Source: a virus (taxonomy: Duplodnaviria; Caudoviricetes). From it: a stretch of 47,725 nt of DNA. The notes beneath the pieces were generated by a model. It worked only from the letters and a program-made list of their open reading frames with translations. It was not told the DNA's origin and did not search any database. The stretch spans positions 1 through 47,725 of the IMG/VR virus record IMGVR_UViG_3300022741_000070; one strand, written 5' to 3'. Of this stretch, positions 45,175-47,725 are shown in pieces (the first letter of the stretch is position 1; every line of letters begins with the position of its first letter). Made by a program: the position numbers and the translations under genes.

Positions 45175-45416
45175 CGGCGCGCACGTTCCTCACGCTCACC
45201 GACCCTGACGACGGGACGCCCGTCCTGGTCGACCCTCGCCGCATCATCGCCATCCTCGAGGCGACAGCCAAGCGCGAGGTGTGGCCGATGGTGAACGGCC
45301 CGAGCCTCGAGGTGTGGGGGCCCGACGCCCGCACGCGGGTGTTTCTCGACTCGGGCTTGATGGTCGAGGTCTCCGAGAGCGTGGCCGAGGTCCGGGCGGG
45401 TGCCGAGCATGGCTGA
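45171..45416 (+). CDS. Hypothetical protein
   Basis: ATGA coupling. Confidence 0.65.
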   Translation: MTARTFLTLTDPDDGTPVLVDPRRIIAILEATAKREVWPMVNGPSLEVWGPDARTRVFLDSGLMVEVSESVAEVRAGAEHG

Positions 45417-45624
45417 GCTGATCGAGATGACGGTCCTCGTGGCGTTGACCTACGAGGACGACGAGGGCGAGCGCCACCAGGTGCACGGGCGGCACAACAG
45501 GCCCGTCGTCGGCATGGCCCTGGCCGAGTTCGAGGCCGAGGCCGGGTTTCACGCCTGGCGCTTGCTCGAATCGAACGCGGGATACCTCGAGCGGACGTTC
45601 GGGCCGGGGGTGCTGGGCCGATGA
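45409..45624 (+). CDS. Hypothetical protein
   Basis: Overlapping start; 71 aa. Confidence 0.6.
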   Translation: MAELIEMTVLVALTYEDDEGERHQVHGRHNRPVVGMALAEFEAEAGFHAWRLLESNAGYLERTFGPGVLGR

Positions 45625-45716
45625 GACCGCGACTGACTGACGACCAGGCCGCGCAGGTGGTGTTCCTTGCGGCGGGGCTTCTGGCCCTGCTCGTGATCCG
45701 GTGGATGGGGTGGTGA
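45621..45716 (+). CDS. 31-aa membrane micro-protein
   Basis: MRPRLTDDQAAQVVFLAAGLLALLVIRWMGW; ATGA coupling. Confidence 0.5.
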   Translation: MRPRLTDDQAAQVVFLAAGLLALLVIRWMGW

Positions 45717-45719
45717 CGA

Positions 45720-46472
45720 GTGGCTGAGATCGACTGGAGCCTCGTCAACGAGGACGGCTTCTGGGCCGCGGAGCGCGCAGCGCTCAACGTGTCCCGGTCG
45801 TTCCCCGATGTCGAGGAGGACGACGCCTACCAGGATGCGATCGTTTACATCGCGACCCACCCGGCCGAGGTGCGCGAGGTGCTGGACTACGGCTTCGCGC
45901 AGCCCGGCACCAAGGGCGGGGTGCGCGGCGCGCGGAAGTGCCTCGCCGGACGCCTGGCAATGCGCCTGCGCGAGCGGGCGAGCCGGCGGGCCGAGGTGCG
46001 AGCGCTCGAGCGCGTTGCCGCGGAGGCCGCGCTCAAGTCCAACCCGGCGCCCGACATGGGGTATTGGGGGTCGCGCCCGACGCCGCAGGCGTACGCGGGA
46101 CTGTCCTACACCCCGGCGCTGATCGAGTTCGTGCTGTCGGTCATGTGGGACGAGCACGCCTGGTCCGGCGTCGCAGCGCCGGGCGCCCCCGAGCGCGGGA
46201 TGCCTCGCGCCAAGTCCGACCCGAGCCACAGCGGCAACCTCATGGCTCACATGGCCGACGTGCGCCGCGCGTGGGGGGAGGCCGGGCTCGGCCAGACCGA
46301 GGCGGGCGCCCTGTTCCTCATCGCCGTCTGCCGCATGACCGAGCGCGGCGCGGCGGATGAGCTCGGGATCTCGGACTCCACCGTACGCCGCCACGCCGAG
46401 AGCGGCATGAACAAGCTTGCAACCCATCTGAACGGAAAGGAGGCGCTTTTCGATGAAGCCCTCGCAGCGTGA
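45720..46472 (+). CDS. Sigma-factor-like HTH DNA-binding protein
   Basis: VE.DD.YQ.A region-2-like segment; DP..SGNLMA.MADV; C-terminal AADELGIS.STV HTH. Confidence 0.75.
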   Translation: MAEIDWSLVNEDGFWAAERAALNVSRSFPDVEEDDAYQDAIVYIATHPAEVREVLDYGFAQPGTKGGVRGARKCLAGRLAMRLRERASRRAEVRALERVAAEAALKSNPAPDMGYWGSRPTPQAYAGLSYTPALIEFVLSVMWDEHAWSGVAAPGAPERGMPRAKSDPSHSGNLMAHMADVRRAWGEAGLGQTEAGALFLIAVCRMTERGAADELGISDSTVRRHAESGMNKLATHLNGKEALFDEALAA

Positions 46473-46683
46473 CCTTCGCAACGAGCCGATCGACCTGCGC
46501 GCCCGCGCCGAGGCGATGGCGATCGACCTGACGAACATCGCCGAGAAGCAGGAGTCTGACGCCGCAGTCCTCGAGCACCTGTCCGAGGACGGCAAGGCCG
46601 TCGCCGAGCAGGTGCTCGAGGGGGCGAACTACCTGCGCGCGATCGCGGCGCTGCTCGACCTGCTCGCCGCCGAGATCGCCTGA
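46453..46683 (+). CDS. Hypothetical protein
   Basis: AAAGGAGG RBS. Confidence 0.7.
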   Translation: MKPSQRDLRNEPIDLRARAEAMAIDLTNIAEKQESDAAVLEHLSEDGKAVAEQVLEGANYLRAIAALLDLLAAEIA

Positions 46684-46701
46684 CTGGAGCCCCACCCGCA
46701 C

Positions 46702-46944
46702 GTGAACGTCACGCTCTACAGCCAGCCCAACTGCCAGCCCTGCCGCGCGACCAAGCGGCAGCTCGAGAATCTCGAGATCCCCTACGAGGAGATCGACGTG
46801 AGCGAGGACGGCGACGCGCTCGCCTTCGTTCTGAGCCTCGGGCACCAGCAGTCCCCCGTCGTCTACGTGGACGACGTGACCCACTGGTCGGGCTTCCGCC
46901 ACGACCTGATCCGCAACCTCGCCAAGGAGATGAGCGCCGAGTGA
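46702..46944 (+). CDS. nrdH: NrdH-like glutaredoxin
   Basis: VTLYSQPNCQPC.ATKR..PVV...WSGFR. Confidence 0.9.
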   Translation: MNVTLYSQPNCQPCRATKRQLENLEIPYEEIDVSEDGDALAFVLSLGHQQSPVVYVDDVTHWSGFRHDLIRNLAKEMSAE

Positions 46945-47372
46945 CCACGACTGCCGAGATGGTGCGCGAGTTCCACGAGACCTACGACTGCCCCATCGCC
47001 GACGAGCCCACGACCGGCCCGGCGGAGCTCGCCCTCCTCCGCTACGACCTCATCCACGAGGAGCTCGCCGAGTTCTGGCGGGCGATCGGACAGCCGATCG
47101 TCTACGGCCGCGGCGACGTCCGCAGGGTCGACGAGGCCGACCTCGTCGAGATCGCAGACGCGCTGGGCGACATCGTCTACGTCGCTTACGGAGCGGCCCT
47201 CGCGTTCGGTATCGACCTCGACGCCGTGCTCGCCGAGATCCACCGGTCGAACATGAGCAAGCTCGGCACCGACGGCAAGCCGATCTACCGCGCGGACGGC
47301 AAGGTGCTCAAGGGCCCGAACTACTCGCCGCCGAACCTGGCCCCGATCGTCCACAAGGCCGACGCCTCGTAG
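46941..47372 (+). CDS. MazG-like nucleotide pyrophosphohydrolase
   Basis: V.EFH, LI.EE..E, DAL.D..YV, H.SNMSK, DGKVLKGPNY. Confidence 0.88.
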   Translation: MTTTAEMVREFHETYDCPIADEPTTGPAELALLRYDLIHEELAEFWRAIGQPIVYGRGDVRRVDEADLVEIADALGDIVYVAYGAALAFGIDLDAVLAEIHRSNMSKLGTDGKPIYRADGKVLKGPNYSPPNLAPIVHKADAS

Positions 47373-47380
47373 CGCATCAC

Positions 47381-47418
47381 ACAAGCCCCCGGCTCCCATC
47401 GCGGAGTCGGGGGCTTGT
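47381..47418. terminator. Intrinsic terminator
   Basis: ACAAGCCCCCGGCTCC / GGAGTCGGGGGCTTGT. Confidence 0.75.
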
Positions 47419-47485
47419 CGTGTTTCCGGGGCCGCCCAGCATGGTAAGCTGGAGGGTTCGTTCGCCGAGAGAGGGAGGTAGCGCG

Positions 47486-47725
47486 TTGTCTCAGGAGATC
47501 GTGAATCAGGTGCCGCAGGCTCAGGAGGCGGGGTCGGCGGTGTCGATGATCGCTACGTCGATCTGGACCGCGATCGCCGCGGTCGTGCTCGCCGGTGCAG
47601 GTGCCGGTACCGGCTTCCCACTGTTCGCGCTGGGCGCCGTGGCGTTCGGGCTCATCTCGCTCTGCTCGGGGGCGTCCGGCTGGATCAGCCTGCTCCGCAA
47701 GCTCGAGGCCCGGCTCGACCGATGA
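47486..47725 (+). CDS. Two-TM membrane protein immediately upstream of int in the circular map
   Basis: GGGAGG RBS before TTG; two hydrophobic helices; final ATGA equals the first 4 bases of the window. Confidence 0.65.
   Translation: MSQEIVNQVPQAQEAGSAVSMIATSIWTAIAAVVLAGAGAGTGFPLFALGAVAFGLISLCSGASGWISLLRKLEARLDR

Noticed and set aside
47682-47725. GATCAGC / GCTGATC (10-16) inverted repeat as attP arms
   Set aside because: Only 7 bp and not centred on the junction; could be chance.

Overview
Apparently complete, circularly permuted genome (or precisely trimmed prophage) of a high-GC temperate siphovirus of Actinobacteria, organised like the Streptomyces R4-like (cluster BD) and mycobacteriophage cluster A phages. 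The order is: serine integrase (1-1386); a leftward early/accessory arm of about 25 small genes (1446-13155); a noncoding region that probably holds the genome ends (13160-14800); HNH and 3 tRNAs; terminase, portal, capsid and tail genes with a -1 frameshifting chaperone; lysis genes; an L5 gp71-like immunity repressor; and Cas4-like nuclease, helicase, resolvase, split primase, Mre11-like nuclease, sigma-like HTH, NrdH and MazG genes. No DNA polymerase is recognisable. The most striking signal is RNA-level and lies on the minus strand of the early arm. A ~650-nt highly base-paired noncoding leader is followed by small gene blocks, each separated by either a 45-48 nt anticodon-less mini-tRNA (acceptor stem + GGU mini D-loop + T-arm; 4 covarying copies plus 1 degenerate) or a type II hammerhead ribozyme. 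Each separator is followed by a hairpin and the next RBS, which suggests an RNA punctuation system that cuts the early transcript into separately stabilised mRNAs. A polar 12-bp operator/stoperator motif (GGTG.GTAA[G/A]TG) is scattered through the genome. All product calls come from motif recognition and synteny by eye; no database searches were run.
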